From: Thermodesulfobacteriota bacterium
GTDB lineage: Bacteria > Desulfobacterota > Binatia > Bin18
Assembly: GCA_964291405.2 (NCBI GenBank)
Contig: OZ219926.1
Coordinates: 3,456,001 to 3,520,000, forward strand
Length of the DNA: 64,000 bases
Direction: 5' to 3'
Below the pieces are notes generated by a model. It had not been told where the DNA came from and searched no databases. It saw only the letters and a program-made list of their open reading frames with translations. Made by a program: the position numbers and the translations under genes. Below, one piece after another: positions 48,224-58,185 of this stretch; the first letter of the stretch is position 1; each line of letters begins with the position of its first letter.

Positions 48224-49557
48224 ATGTCCAAGAAATTCCCGGAATTTTCAGCCAAGGGGACAACGCTCGAAGACGTTGGAAGAGATTTCATATACGGTGA
48301 TACCAGCAGCTATAAAATGCATGATCGTTCCAATTTCGATAGTGACGTGCATTTTAATAGCAACGAACGCTCGGGTAGATACCGGGTTGCGCTGCATGAA
48401 TTCGGCCATGTGCTGGGCGATCACCCGGACGATCATGGTCAGTTTGTGAATGCCATTATGAACTCCAAGACCGATGATAACGGTCCGGTCAACGGACGAC
48501 TCATCGCTCGGGCCAAGTATGGTGGCGGTTCTAGTCGTGGACAACCCGACCCCACTGTCGGGATTTTGGACCCTGTCCGGCAGGGAAGGGCGTCGACTCT
48601 AACAGCGAATGCCAGGCCGGGCTTTGTCAACGATGTGGGCGCGCAGTATGGCCGGCGCGGAGCGGGGGGGCCTGACCCCGACTACACTACTGTGGGCCTC
48701 CACGAAGGTGTGTGTGCGATGTGGGCGGAGTATCGGCTCACCTGTGCGAAGCGGGGGGGCCTGACCCCGCTGGACTGTCCGGCAGGGAAGGGCGATTGCG
48801 ACTCTAACAGCGAATGCCAGGCCGGGCTCACCTGTGTCAACGATGTGGGCGCGCATATGGCTTAATACGATCGCTGACCCCGACGCTGGCGGCTCGGGGC
48901 AATAATGACAGCGGATGGGACGACCCGCGGGTGGTAATGAAGGCGTGTCAACGATGTGGGCGCGCAGTATGGCTTACCGGCATGTGTGCGAAGCGGGGGG
49001 ATCCGAGAGTAGCCTCAACGACTTGCTTGGGCTGGCAGTTTACGTATACCATAGGAAGCCCTCCGTCGTTCACTCAGACCTATCGGCTCAGCCGGATTGA
49101 TACCAGCACCGGGACTCGCCTCATTGTTGGAACCGATCAATACGGCGACCCGGTTGTTGCTGGACGCATCCAGGATGTCAATCCAGGTAATCCCTTACTG
49201 TATGAATTTGGATTGCTCGAACCTAGCGATTTCCTTATTTGTCGGTTCTTTGTGTTCAATAAGACCGGTAGTAACAGCGTTGAGGGGTTCTATTTTCAAA
49301 TTGATGTACGGAATGGAGTGTGTGGTACGGCTGCATCTGATATCTCTAATCCTTATCCAATGACAGGAATACGAACGAGTCGGTCCACATCGAGCATACA
49401 AGGGCAATCGACACCTCAAGATACAGTACTAGAACAACCGAACGCTGGGCTTCAGAGTCTTGAAGAGACCTCGACACTGAGCCTTTCCAGTCCCGATGAG
49501 GCGGACAGTGCCGCGATTCGGGATATGATAAACACGCTCTCCTCTGCACTAGACTAG
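48224..49557 (+). other. Fragmented matrixin-like Zn metalloprotease with Cys-rich repeats, interleaved with pieces of neighbouring genes
   Basis: VALHEFGHVLG-DHPD and AIMNS Met-turn; CPAGKGDCDSNSECQAGLTCVNDVGA with partial copies; many frame breaks. Confidence 0.55.
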
Positions 49558-49613
49558 GCTGAAACGCCGTGCAGGTATATGAAGCTCTTTGAATCCTTAC
49601 TCTCACTAAGGGA

Positions 49614-49766
49614 ATGCTCATCTTTCTCACTTGAATATTGGATAGATGATGGCTGGTATGTCGGAGGGCTGAGATTCCCGGAATTTTCAGCCAAGGGGAG
49701 ACGCTCGAAGAGTTGGAAGAGAATATACGGGATGCCTATAAAATGATGATCGAATTTTGGAATTAA
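49614..49766 (+). pseudogene. hicB: Short HicB-family antitoxin, frameshifted, no hicA seen
   Basis: FSLEYWIDDGWYVG/IPGIFSQGETLEELEENIRDAYKMMIE across frames. Confidence 0.7.
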
Positions 49767-49805
49767 CGCTTAGATATCCCCGGTGCATAGGAAGAAAGAT
49801 AACCC

Positions 49806-50339
49806 ATGCGTATCGGTCTCGTCACGGACACTCACCTGCCAAGTACGATCCGCGATCTATGGGACGAAGTCAGAGTCATTTTTGCAGGCGCGGACCTCAT
49901 CCTCCACGGCGGGGATATCGTCTCTCCTCGCGTGCTGGACTGGTTGGAGAATATCGCGCCGACGCTGGCGGCTCGGGGCAATAATGACAGCGGATGGGAC
50001 GACCCGCGGGTGGAAGACGTGCAGCGCCTGCACCTCGAAGGCTGGCGCATTGCCATGGTCCACGACATGGAGCCCGAAGAGCGGCCGATTGCCGACTTAA
50101 CCCGGCAGTATCTGCGCGGTGAGCCCGCCGACATTATCATCACCGGGCATACGCACTTTGAGCGTTTGGATTATCGAGAGGGAGTCTTGCAGATCAATTC
50201 GGGCAGCGTACCCACCCCCATCTGTGGTCCACCCGGCTCGGAACGGTCGGCCTCGATATCGTGCCCGGAAACATCACCGCCCTATTCTCCGGCTGGGCGA
50301 GAGCCCGCTGAAGAATCCGGGCCGGGAATTATTCTTTGA
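49806..50339 (+). CDS. YfcE-like metallophosphoesterase; C-terminus likely frameshifted
   Basis: VTDTH, LHGGDI, ARGNND, TGHTH, INSGS. Confidence 0.85.
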   Translation: MRIGLVTDTHLPSTIRDLWDEVRVIFAGADLILHGGDIVSPRVLDWLENIAPTLAARGNNDSGWDDPRVEDVQRLHLEGWRIAMVHDMEPEERPIADLTRQYLRGEPADIIITGHTHFERLDYREGVLQINSGSVPTPICGPPGSERSASISCPETSPPYSPAGREPAEESGPGIIL

Positions 50340-51303
50340 TCTGGAATTCAGCAGAGTCCGACCGCCCCGTAGGCACTATTTCCCCACTGCAACATTTCGA
50401 GCGACGGGGCAAAAAATGCGCGCCTGACACGGCCTGGGTGTAGTCCATGAGATGATCGTGCAGCCCGTCGCCGCTAGCTCCCAGCATGCGCCGCAGCATC
50501 TTGTCGGTAATATCAAGATCTTTGGTATAGGCAATGAAGAACAGACCCGCCTCCGAGGTCGTCCCATAGGGGAAACTGTGACGCAGGATTTCCAGCTCTT
50601 CTCCGTTTTCCTCTATGACCACACGGCTGATGTGGGCGGTCGGGGGTTTGACCTCGTCGGACAGCTCTTCGCTGTCCGTCTTGCGGCGGCCGACAGCTCC
50701 TTCCTGCCCGTCTTGTGAGGTAGCGTTCCACTTGGGGAAATTATGCACATAGCGTTGGGTGAAAACGTAACTGCCTCCGGCGAAGTCGGGGTCTTCGTCA
50801 CCGATCAGGGCGACCTCTGCCCGCTCCTCATCGCCGCTGGGGTTTTCCGTACCGTCAATAAATCCGGTCAGATCACGTGAGTCCAGGTAGCGAAAGCCGT
50901 GGACCTCGTCCAACACGTCTATCGTCGCTCCAAGCTGACCCCGGATCTGTTTGGCCAACTCGAAATTGAGGTCCAAGCGTTTTGAGATGAGATGAAACAG
51001 GATGTCTCCGCCTGTGCTTGGTGCGGTCTTGCCGGGAAGGTCAATGGCGGTGAAGGGTCGCAGCCCCCCGGGCCGCCGGCCTGGGGAGAGCACATCCCAA
51101 AAGCCCGAGCCAAAACTGACCGTACACACCAGGGCGGCCTCTGTATCGTGCCCACCAGCCGCCGTCACCAGCTCGGGAATACCCGCAACCACCCCGGCGA
51201 CCGTTTCGCGGGTGGCGGTTGGATTGTTGACCCTGGTGACCAGAAAGAGGGCATGTTGATTCGGTTCCGGAATAATGCCTGCCTGTGGAGTCTGTGCTGC
51301 CAT
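50329..51303 (-). CDS. Dyp-type peroxidase; probable homopolymer frameshift near 3' end
   Basis: RDLTGFIDGTENP, TAHISR, ILRHSFPYG; adding one T at the A6 run 50411-50416 restores HFFAPSLEML; start ATG 51303. Confidence 0.88.
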   Translation of the reverse strand: MAAQTPQAGIIPEPNQHALFLVTRVNNPTATRETVAGVVAGIPELVTAAGGHDTEAALVCTVSFGSGFWDVLSPGRRPGGLRPFTAIDLPGKTAPSTGGDILFHLISKRLDLNFELAKQIRGQLGATIDVLDEVHGFRYLDSRDLTGFIDGTENPSGDEERAEVALIGDEDPDFAGGSYVFTQRYVHNFPKWNATSQDGQEGAVGRRKTDSEELSDEVKPPTAHISRVVIEENGEELEILRHSFPYGTTSEAGLFFIAYTKDLDITDKMLRRMLGASGDGLHDHLMDYTQAVSGAHFLPRRSKCCSGEIVPTGRSDSAEFQIKE

Positions 51304-51399
51304 TTTTTCCCTCCTGACGTGTGCTGGATTGCGCCTGCGGTACTCTTTAACTGTAATTGAGGGAGGGAGCCCACGCCAGCCAGGTTGCAGCTTGGAACG

Positions 51400-51432
51400 A
51401 AAAAAAGACGCCCGTTCAGGACGTCTTTTTTT
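51400..51432. terminator. Intrinsic terminator-like hairpin with A7/T7 tails
   Basis: AAAAAAAGACG-CCCGTTCAGGA-CGTCTTTTTTT directly after the yfbR stop. Confidence 0.7.
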
Positions 51433-52009
51433 AACCCAACTCGTCGAGGGTGAGGCGGAAACTCGGGACAAAGGTCTCCAGAAAATAGCGCACCTCCGGC
51501 AGGTCAATCCGCTCGACCGTCTCCTTGAGCGTTTGTTCTGCCTGCGAGAACTCCTGATTGCCCGTGCTGACCTCCTCCAGGCATTTGAGATAGGCGCACA
51601 GCTTGTCTGCGGCTTTGACCAGTTCGTGGTGGTCGCGGTCGGCTTCATCCGGCTTAAAGAACGGCTGGTAGTCACCCCTGAGTTCTTCGGGCAGCATGCC
51701 GAACAGCTTATGCACCGCGGTTTGCTCAATGGTCTGATAGGCGGTCTTGATCTCGGGGTTAAAATACTTGACGGGTGTGGGCAGGTCGCCAATCAAGACC
51801 TCACCAACATCGTGGTAGAGGGCCAGAGTTGCGGCCCGCTCCGGGTTCACCTCGCCGGAGAAGAGCCGATTCCGAATAACGGCTAACATGTGGGTCACCA
51901 GCGCGACTTGCAGACTGTGTTCCTGGACGTTTTCCGGATAGGTGCTGTGCATCAAACTCCAGCGCCGAATAAATTTCATCCGAGAAAGATAGGCAAACAA
52001 GTGGCTCAT
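51431..52009 (-). CDS. yfbR: 5'-deoxynucleotidase (HD domain)
   Basis: SHLFAYLSRMKFIRRWSLM..ENVQEHS, YHD, GDLPTPVKY, KAADKLCAYLKCLEE. Confidence 0.92.
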   Translation of the reverse strand: MSHLFAYLSRMKFIRRWSLMHSTYPENVQEHSLQVALVTHMLAVIRNRLFSGEVNPERAATLALYHDVGEVLIGDLPTPVKYFNPEIKTAYQTIEQTAVHKLFGMLPEELRGDYQPFFKPDEADRDHHELVKAADKLCAYLKCLEEVSTGNQEFSQAEQTLKETVERIDLPEVRYFLETFVPSFRLTLDELG

Positions 52010-52054
52010 ATGAGACTCCGCATGCGTTCCGCTTCGGTTGAGGGTGAGGCCGGG

Positions 52055-53278
52055 TTAGGTTGGGATCATTCCAAACACGCGGAAGAATTGAAAGACACCT
52101 AAGCCCGTCACAATAAGCACGACCGTACCGCCCGCCATGTTGGCCAGCATGCCGTTGGTGTACGAACCGAGAAGGTTCTGCTGATTCATGACAACCAGGA
52201 GACAGCCGGCAAGGAGGGGCAGTAGACAGGCGTTGACCGCCTGGGCAAGCAGGATGGCCACCAGCGGCTGCTGCCCAAAAAAGGCAAGTCCTGTCCCAAT
52301 TAGGACGACCGCACTCCACACCAGTCGGACCTTGCCTGTATCGAGGTCTACGGACCAGCCCAGCACCCCGGCCGTGGCATAGGCGGCGGCAAGCGGGGCG
52401 GTGATGGCACTCGTTAAACCAGCGGCAAACAGGCCGGTCGCAAAGAGGAGAGGCGCGTGGGAGCCGACGAGGGGCTCAAGCTGTTTGGCTATGGAGCTGG
52501 CATTTTCCAATGCTATCCCTTGGCGAAAAAAAGCCGCGGCCGCAGTTGCGACCAGGGCCAGGGTAAGAACCCCACCCAGACTGATCGAGAGAAACGTATC
52601 GCGACGTGCCTCACGCAGGGCTTGGGAGGCGAACAACGTCGCCGGCCACTTGGCTTGGACCGTACTGGCGTGCAGAAACAAATTGTATGGAACGACCGTG
52701 GTGCCGATCAGCGCCATCACGGTCACAAATGACCCGGCGGGAAGGGTTGGGCTGAAGAAACCGGTCAGGATATCCGAGAGTGATGGTTGGACGAGTAGAG
52801 CCGTCAGCAGAAAGACTCCACTCATGAGCAGAACCAGAAAAACCAGCACGCGCTCAATCGCCGCGTACGTCCCGGACCACAGCAACACAAACGCCAGGCT
52901 ACCAACGACCAGAGTCCAGGATGAGGTTGAAAGCCCGGAGACCTCGGCTAGGGCCACCGATGCGCCAAGGATATTGCCCATCTCAAAGGCAGCGTTGCCG
53001 CCGCCTATGCCGATGACCACCAGGGACAGGAGCAGGAGACGGAGGAACGGAGTTCGAATAGCCGTCCGGAGCGCTTCGCCGAGTCCGCTACGTGCAATAA
53101 TGCCGAGTCGGGCCGCCATTTCTTGTAGGACGAGGGTGGCAAAAATAGAGAACCCGACCGCCCATACCAGGGCAAACCCAAACTGCGCTCCTGCGACACT
53201 GGCGGTCATGACCGTTCCAGGGCCGATAAAGGCGGCAGCAACGAGCAACCCAGGACCAAAGGGTCTCTTCCGCCTCAT
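52055..53278 (-). CDS. Nramp-like (YcsG-type) transporter
   Basis: GPGLLVAAAFIGPGT, LQEMAARLG, GTTVVPYNLFLH. Confidence 0.87.
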   Translation of the reverse strand: MRRKRPFGPGLLVAAAFIGPGTVMTASVAGAQFGFALVWAVGFSIFATLVLQEMAARLGIIARSGLGEALRTAIRTPFLRLLLLSLVVIGIGGGNAAFEMGNILGASVALAEVSGLSTSSWTLVVGSLAFVLLWSGTYAAIERVLVFLVLLMSGVFLLTALLVQPSLSDILTGFFSPTLPAGSFVTVMALIGTTVVPYNLFLHASTVQAKWPATLFASQALREARRDTFLSISLGGVLTLALVATAAAAFFRQGIALENASSIAKQLEPLVGSHAPLLFATGLFAAGLTSAITAPLAAAYATAGVLGWSVDLDTGKVRLVWSAVVLIGTGLAFFGQQPLVAILLAQAVNACLLPLLAGCLLVVMNQQNLLGSYTNGMLANMAGGTVVLIVTGLGVFQFFRVFGMIPT

Positions 53279-53341
53279 GCCTGAGTTTATAGCATATTTA
53301 TGCGGGCTCAGCCGAGAAGCGCAGTAATTTTGGCGCAAGCA

Positions 53342-54421
53342 CTAGTAGCGCGCCATGACCTGCTCGGAGAAATCTTTGAACACCGTGCGCGCCGCGGCCA
53401 TCGGCGGCAAGAGCGTGACTTCCTTCAGACCGGCCTTTTCGACCGCCCGGAGCTGGTCGATGATTTCCGCCGGCCCACCAATCAGACACGTCGCCTGGAT
53501 TGCCTCGGGGGTGACAAAGCGGCGCTCCTCGGGCACGAGAAAGGTGCAGTGGCCATTGTGAAGCTGGAGGTAACGTTTGTCCGCTGGGGTTTCCATCTGC
53601 TCGACGTGGGCGCAGTATTCCTCCCAGATGCCTCTATAGCCGGCGGGGATGACTTCCTCCTGACCGGTTTGTTGATAGATTTCGTAGACAAAGTGGATGA
53701 TGGCGGCGACCTGAGAACCGCACATCTCAATGACCCGATCCGAGGTCAGTGGCTCGCCGGGTTGTAGCACGACGGCCGTGGTAAAAGCCGCGGTATGGAA
53801 GCCGTCGGGCAAGGCCCGACTCGCCTGTTCCGCCCCGGCTTGGACCTGGTGCCAGTCGCCGAGGAAGGCTTCCGGTCCGGGTTTCACTCCGGCGACCCAG
53901 CCATCCCCGAACTCGCCCGCAGTTTTCAGGGCTCGGGGTCCATTGGCGGCGACAATCATCGGAATCGGGTCGTCCAGATTCAGGAAGTGTAGGTCCTGAT
54001 GCAGAAAACGGATCGTCCGCGTAGTGTCGTTATAGGTGTATTCAACTTCTTCCCCCCGCAGGAGCGTTTTGACCACCCGGAGATACTCTCGGAAGTCTCG
54101 AATACGCATCGGCTGCATACCCATGACCCGCATAGCCGTATGTCCGGTACCGATACCCAAAAAGACTCGGCCCGGCGCGAGGCGATTAATGGAAGCGATG
54201 GAGTGGGCGGTGACCGGGGCGATTCTCGTCCCAGGTATGGCAACTCCCGTCCCAATCTGGATACGCGACGTGTGCTGGGCGGCCAGGGCTAAGGTGGCGT
54301 AACAGTCCGACCAGATCATCTGCGAGTCGGGGATCCAGGCTCGGTCATAGCCCAGTTCCTCGGCATATTGGATCAACTGCCAGTCGTCGATCTTCGTAGC
54401 AACACAAATCCCGAACTGCAC
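53342..54421 (-). CDS. LLM-class flavin-dependent oxidoreductase
   Basis: AEELGYDRAWIPDSQ, TSRIQIGTGV, LAPGRVFLGIGTG. Confidence 0.88.
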   Translation of the reverse strand: MQFGICVATKIDDWQLIQYAEELGYDRAWIPDSQMIWSDCYATLALAAQHTSRIQIGTGVAIPGTRIAPVTAHSIASINRLAPGRVFLGIGTGHTAMRVMGMQPMRIRDFREYLRVVKTLLRGEEVEYTYNDTTRTIRFLHQDLHFLNLDDPIPMIVAANGPRALKTAGEFGDGWVAGVKPGPEAFLGDWHQVQAGAEQASRALPDGFHTAAFTTAVVLQPGEPLTSDRVIEMCGSQVAAIIHFVYEIYQQTGQEEVIPAGYRGIWEEYCAHVEQMETPADKRYLQLHNGHCTFLVPEERRFVTPEAIQATCLIGGPAEIIDQLRAVEKAGLKEVTLLPPMAAARTVFKDFSEQVMARY

Positions 54422-54435
54422 GGTCCGTCCTCCTT

Positions 54436-56826
54436 CTAGTCAGGTGTCCCTGCTGAATTCCTCGCCCGTTCAATACACGCCAACACCCGCTCCGGCGTGA
54501 GCGGGATTTCACTAACCTGGACTCCGAACGGGGAGAGCGCATCGGCAACTGCATTCGCAATCGCCGCCGGCGGTGCAATGGCCCCCCCTTCGCCTATACC
54601 TTTGATGCCTCCCTTGCTGAAAGGTGAGGGCGACTCAATATGTCCAATCTCGACGTGCGGGACGTCTACCGCTGTAGGGACGAGATAATCCATGAGCGTA
54701 CCGGTCAAGAACTGTCCATTCTCGTCGTAGATGGCATGTTCATACATGGCCGTGCCGATACCCTGGGCGACACCGCCCTGAATTTGCCCATCGACAATGA
54801 TGGGGTTAATAATCCTGCCGCAGTCCTCAACAACGATATAGCGCCGCAGGCTGATCTGCCCGGTTTCAACATCCACCTCGACCGTTGCCAGGTGAGTCGC
54901 ATTGGAATGCGTTGCCGGCGGCGGCTCATAATTTGTGGTTGCCTCTAAACCGGGCTCGTCTTCCGGGGCTAAATTGCTGGGTGTGACGATGGCGTGGTAG
55001 GCGATCGTCTTAATCGGCATGAGCGTGGTCCCGTCCTGTTTGCGGACCACCATACCGACCGCCAATTCGAGGTCGTCTGGAGGAATTTCGCTGAGCCGTG
55101 AGGCCGTACGCAGAATCTTCTCCCGAATTTTCGTCGCTGCTCCGATAATAGCCCCACCACTGGTCACCGCCGTTCGGCTGCCCCAGGTTCCCCAGCCGTA
55201 TGGAACAAGAGCGGTGTCGCTTTGCACGACTTTCACATCGGCCACGGCCACGCCTAATTCGTCGGCTGCAACTTGGGCGAGGGTGGTTTGATGACCCTGA
55301 CCATGTGAAGAAGAGCCGGTCAAAACGGTGACTTTCCCATTGACATCCATCCGGACGGTGGCCGACTCATAGCCGCCAACCTGTATGCCCATGAGGTTAA
55401 AAAACGAAGAACCAGGGGCCGTACCTTCTATGTAACAGCCAAGGCCCACGCCAAGATAGCGGCCGGCTTTTCGACCTTGTTCCTGCTCCGCTCGGAAGTT
55501 GTCATACCCCAACATATCAAGCGCCTTTTGTAAGGACTCCTGATGGCTCCCGCTTTCGATCTTTGCTCCGGCAATCGTGGTGTAGGGATGATCTTCCCGG
55601 CGGATCATATTCCGCAGGCGGATCTCTGCCGGATCAAGCCCCAGCCGCTGCGCGCCAAGATTCAGCAAGCGTTCCATAACCAGGATGGCAATCGGCAGGC
55701 CCACGCCGCGGTAGGCGCCCAGGGTGACCTTATTGGTGACAATGGAGACGGCCTCGTAGCGATAGGCCGGGATCTTATACGGACCGGGCAGCCCTGATGC
55801 GGCATGCCCGGCTTCCAGAGCAGAACTAAACGGAAAGCAGGAATACGCACCAACGTCGTTCAGAAAGCGTGCTCTCACCCCGAGAATGGTCCCGTCGTTT
55901 TTCAGGGCGAGCTCGGCCTCGACAATTTGATGCTTGGCGTGCATGGCGGCTACCAGATTTTCTCGCCGATCTTCAATCCACTTGATCGGGCAGCCAAAAC
56001 GACGGGCAAGGAAAGCAGTCAGGATTTCCTCGGGAAACACATGCGCCTTGGGTCCAAAACCGCCGCCGACGTCTGGGGCGATGGCCCGGATATGGTGTTC
56101 GGGAAAGTCTAATAAGAGCGCCAGGTTTGAACGGAGGACATGCGGCACTTGGGTCGAGGACCAGATCGTCAGCGAGTCCGTCACCGGATCAAAAGTCGCC
56201 AGACAGCCACGCGTCTCCATGGGCAGGGACATGTGACGACCGGTTGTAAAACGTTCAGCCACCACACAGTCAGCCGCCTGAAACGCGGTAGCGACCTCGC
56301 CCATGCTTGCTTCCAGGGTCTGCATGACGTTGTCGCCCCAGTCTTCATGTGCCAGGGGGGCGTCCGGCTCCAGCGCCTGTTCCATGTCCCAGAGAGCGTC
56401 GAGCGGATCGTACTCGACCTCGACCAGCGCGGCGGCATCCTCGGCGACATAGCGATCGGTGGCAATAACGGCTGCCACCATCTCACCCACAAACCGGACT
56501 TTTCCCCGAGCCAGGACCGGCCAATCGCAGGACTTGTGAGTGGGCGCATTTGTGGGGTCAAACTCGACCCGGAGCGGCTGTATGGCATCTACGACATCCT
56601 CGCCGGTCACCACCGCCTGGACACCAGGGTGGGCCGCGGCTGCGCTGGTATCAATGTTGAGGAGACGCGCGTGGGCATACGGGCTGCGGACAAAGGCGAC
56701 CGCCCGTGTATCGGGCAGATGGATATCGTCCACATACTGACTTTTACCCAGGAGCATCCGTGGGTCTTCCACCCGCTTGACCTCAGCGCCGACCATCTTT
56801 CCCGTGCCAGCAAGACTGGTTGCCAT
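54436..56826 (-). CDS. Xanthine dehydrogenase-family Mo-binding large subunit (CoxL form II-like)
   Basis: RVEDPRML, VGGGFGPK, AYRGVG, SHGQGHQT, WGSRT, GIKGIGEGG; start may extend to 56844. Confidence 0.92.
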   Translation of the reverse strand: MATSLAGTGKMVGAEVKRVEDPRMLLGKSQYVDDIHLPDTRAVAFVRSPYAHARLLNIDTSAAAAHPGVQAVVTGEDVVDAIQPLRVEFDPTNAPTHKSCDWPVLARGKVRFVGEMVAAVIATDRYVAEDAAALVEVEYDPLDALWDMEQALEPDAPLAHEDWGDNVMQTLEASMGEVATAFQAADCVVAERFTTGRHMSLPMETRGCLATFDPVTDSLTIWSSTQVPHVLRSNLALLLDFPEHHIRAIAPDVGGGFGPKAHVFPEEILTAFLARRFGCPIKWIEDRRENLVAAMHAKHQIVEAELALKNDGTILGVRARFLNDVGAYSCFPFSSALEAGHAASGLPGPYKIPAYRYEAVSIVTNKVTLGAYRGVGLPIAILVMERLLNLGAQRLGLDPAEIRLRNMIRREDHPYTTIAGAKIESGSHQESLQKALDMLGYDNFRAEQEQGRKAGRYLGVGLGCYIEGTAPGSSFFNLMGIQVGGYESATVRMDVNGKVTVLTGSSSHGQGHQTTLAQVAADELGVAVADVKVVQSDTALVPYGWGTWGSRTAVTSGGAIIGAATKIREKILRTASRLSEIPPDDLELAVGMVVRKQDGTTLMPIKTIAYHAIVTPSNLAPEDEPGLEATTNYEPPPATHSNATHLATVEVDVETGQISLRRYIVVEDCGRIINPIIVDGQIQGGVAQGIGTAMYEHAIYDENGQFLTGTLMDYLVPTAVDVPHVEIGHIESPSPFSKGGIKGIGEGGAIAPPAAIANAVADALSPFGVQVSEIPLTPERVLACIERARNSAGTPD

Positions 56827-56992
56827 AGTGTGTTCCTTCATCATTCCCCTTTCTCCGTTGGAGAGAGGGTCAGGGTAGGGGGAGAAATCACTACGGCGTG
56901 AGTCTGGCAGTGTGGGAAAAAGGTGTCAAGACTTTTGCTTGACAGATCGTAAGAGAACGGTATACGCCACAGTAGAAGGAGGCTGTCCGCAT

Positions 56993-58159
56993 ATGACCCT
57001 GTCTTCGCAAGAGAACGGGACGAAAGGGGGAGGAGCGCGGGACGCATCTCGTATTACCCAGACTCAAGCGCCTTTACCTCAAGCCCGGCATCTCCCGGGT
57101 GACTTTTACACCTCGCAAGAGACCTACGAATTAGAAAAGGAGCACATCTTCCAAAAGGATTGGCTGTGCGTCGGCCGCATGGAAGAGTGTGAAAAGCCGG
57201 GGGACTATCTCACCCTGTGTATTGCGGATGAGCCGATTGTGATTGTCCGCGATGAAGAGAGGCGACTCAACGCCTTTTATAACGTCTGTCGTCATCGGGG
57301 GACCGAGGTGGCGGCTGGGCAGGGCAATACCAGACGGTTTACGTGTCCGTATCATGGCTGGACGTATGACCTGTGTGGGCGGCTCCGAGGCGCGGCCTAT
57401 ACCCAAGAGATCGAGAATTTCGACATGCGGCAGTACCGCCTGGTGCCACTCAAGCTGGACACCTGGGGCGGGTTTATTTTTGTCAATTTCAATCCGGATA
57501 GTAAAAGCCTGCTGGAATTCTTGGGCGACTTTCCCGAGGCCTTTGGACCATACCAACCCGAAGATCTCCGTTTGGCCATTAAGTTCGCCATCGAATATGA
57601 GTGCAACTGGAAAGCCACGGCTGAAAATCTGGTTGATATTTATCATCTGGCAACGCTGCACGCTTCTTCGTTCGGTCCGCATCAGCCGCTTGAGTCGTAT
57701 GAATTTCAGCTCAAACCGTGGGGCTATTGCGGCCGTTTTATCGGCGTGAGTCCGATGACGCCCGATGGCCGGCCTCGCTTTGATTTTATGCCCTGGCTGT
57801 CAGGCGAACATCTTGAGAAGGGCTATTCCAGCCATCTCCAGCCCAATATGGGCTTTTATGCCAGGCAGGATAATATTCATTATGTGACCGAATGGCCGAT
57901 AGGCGCAAATCGCAGCATGGCTCTTGTCCATATGCTCTTCCCCAAGCAGCGCTTTGGTCTGCCGGATTTTAAGGAACGCGTCAAAGTCTATGAGGACTTT
58001 TTGCACCTTGCCCTAGAGGAAGACATGGGCATGGTGCAGTCTTTACAGCGCGGTTTTCGGTCCCGAGCCTATCAGCCAGGGCCGATGTCGAAGTACGAGG
58101 TCGCCGTGCATCATGTGATGAATTACTATCTGGATAAAGTTTTTGGTGAGCAACAATAA
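56993..58159 (+). CDS. Rieske oxygenase alpha subunit (close paralog of 40061-41215)
   Basis: CRHR...CPYH, NWKATAENLVDIYHLATLH; AGGAGG SD. Confidence 0.9.
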   Translation: MTLSSQENGTKGGGARDASRITQTQAPLPQARHLPGDFYTSQETYELEKEHIFQKDWLCVGRMEECEKPGDYLTLCIADEPIVIVRDEERRLNAFYNVCRHRGTEVAAGQGNTRRFTCPYHGWTYDLCGRLRGAAYTQEIENFDMRQYRLVPLKLDTWGGFIFVNFNPDSKSLLEFLGDFPEAFGPYQPEDLRLAIKFAIEYECNWKATAENLVDIYHLATLHASSFGPHQPLESYEFQLKPWGYCGRFIGVSPMTPDGRPRFDFMPWLSGEHLEKGYSSHLQPNMGFYARQDNIHYVTEWPIGANRSMALVHMLFPKQRFGLPDFKERVKVYEDFLHLALEEDMGMVQSLQRGFRSRAYQPGPMSKYEVAVHHVMNYYLDKVFGEQQ

Positions 58160-58185
58160 TTCGCACGTAGACAAGGAGCGATGCC

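Noticed and set aside
50329-51792. 487-aa Dyp with long N-terminal extension or encapsulin-targeting tail
   Set aside because: The extension overlaps yfbR in another frame and crosses a terminator; the odd C-terminus is explained by a homopolymer indel.
54436-56844. True aerobic CO dehydrogenase
   Set aside because: Active-site loop is AYRGVG rather than AYxCSFR; no coxM/S or accessory genes.
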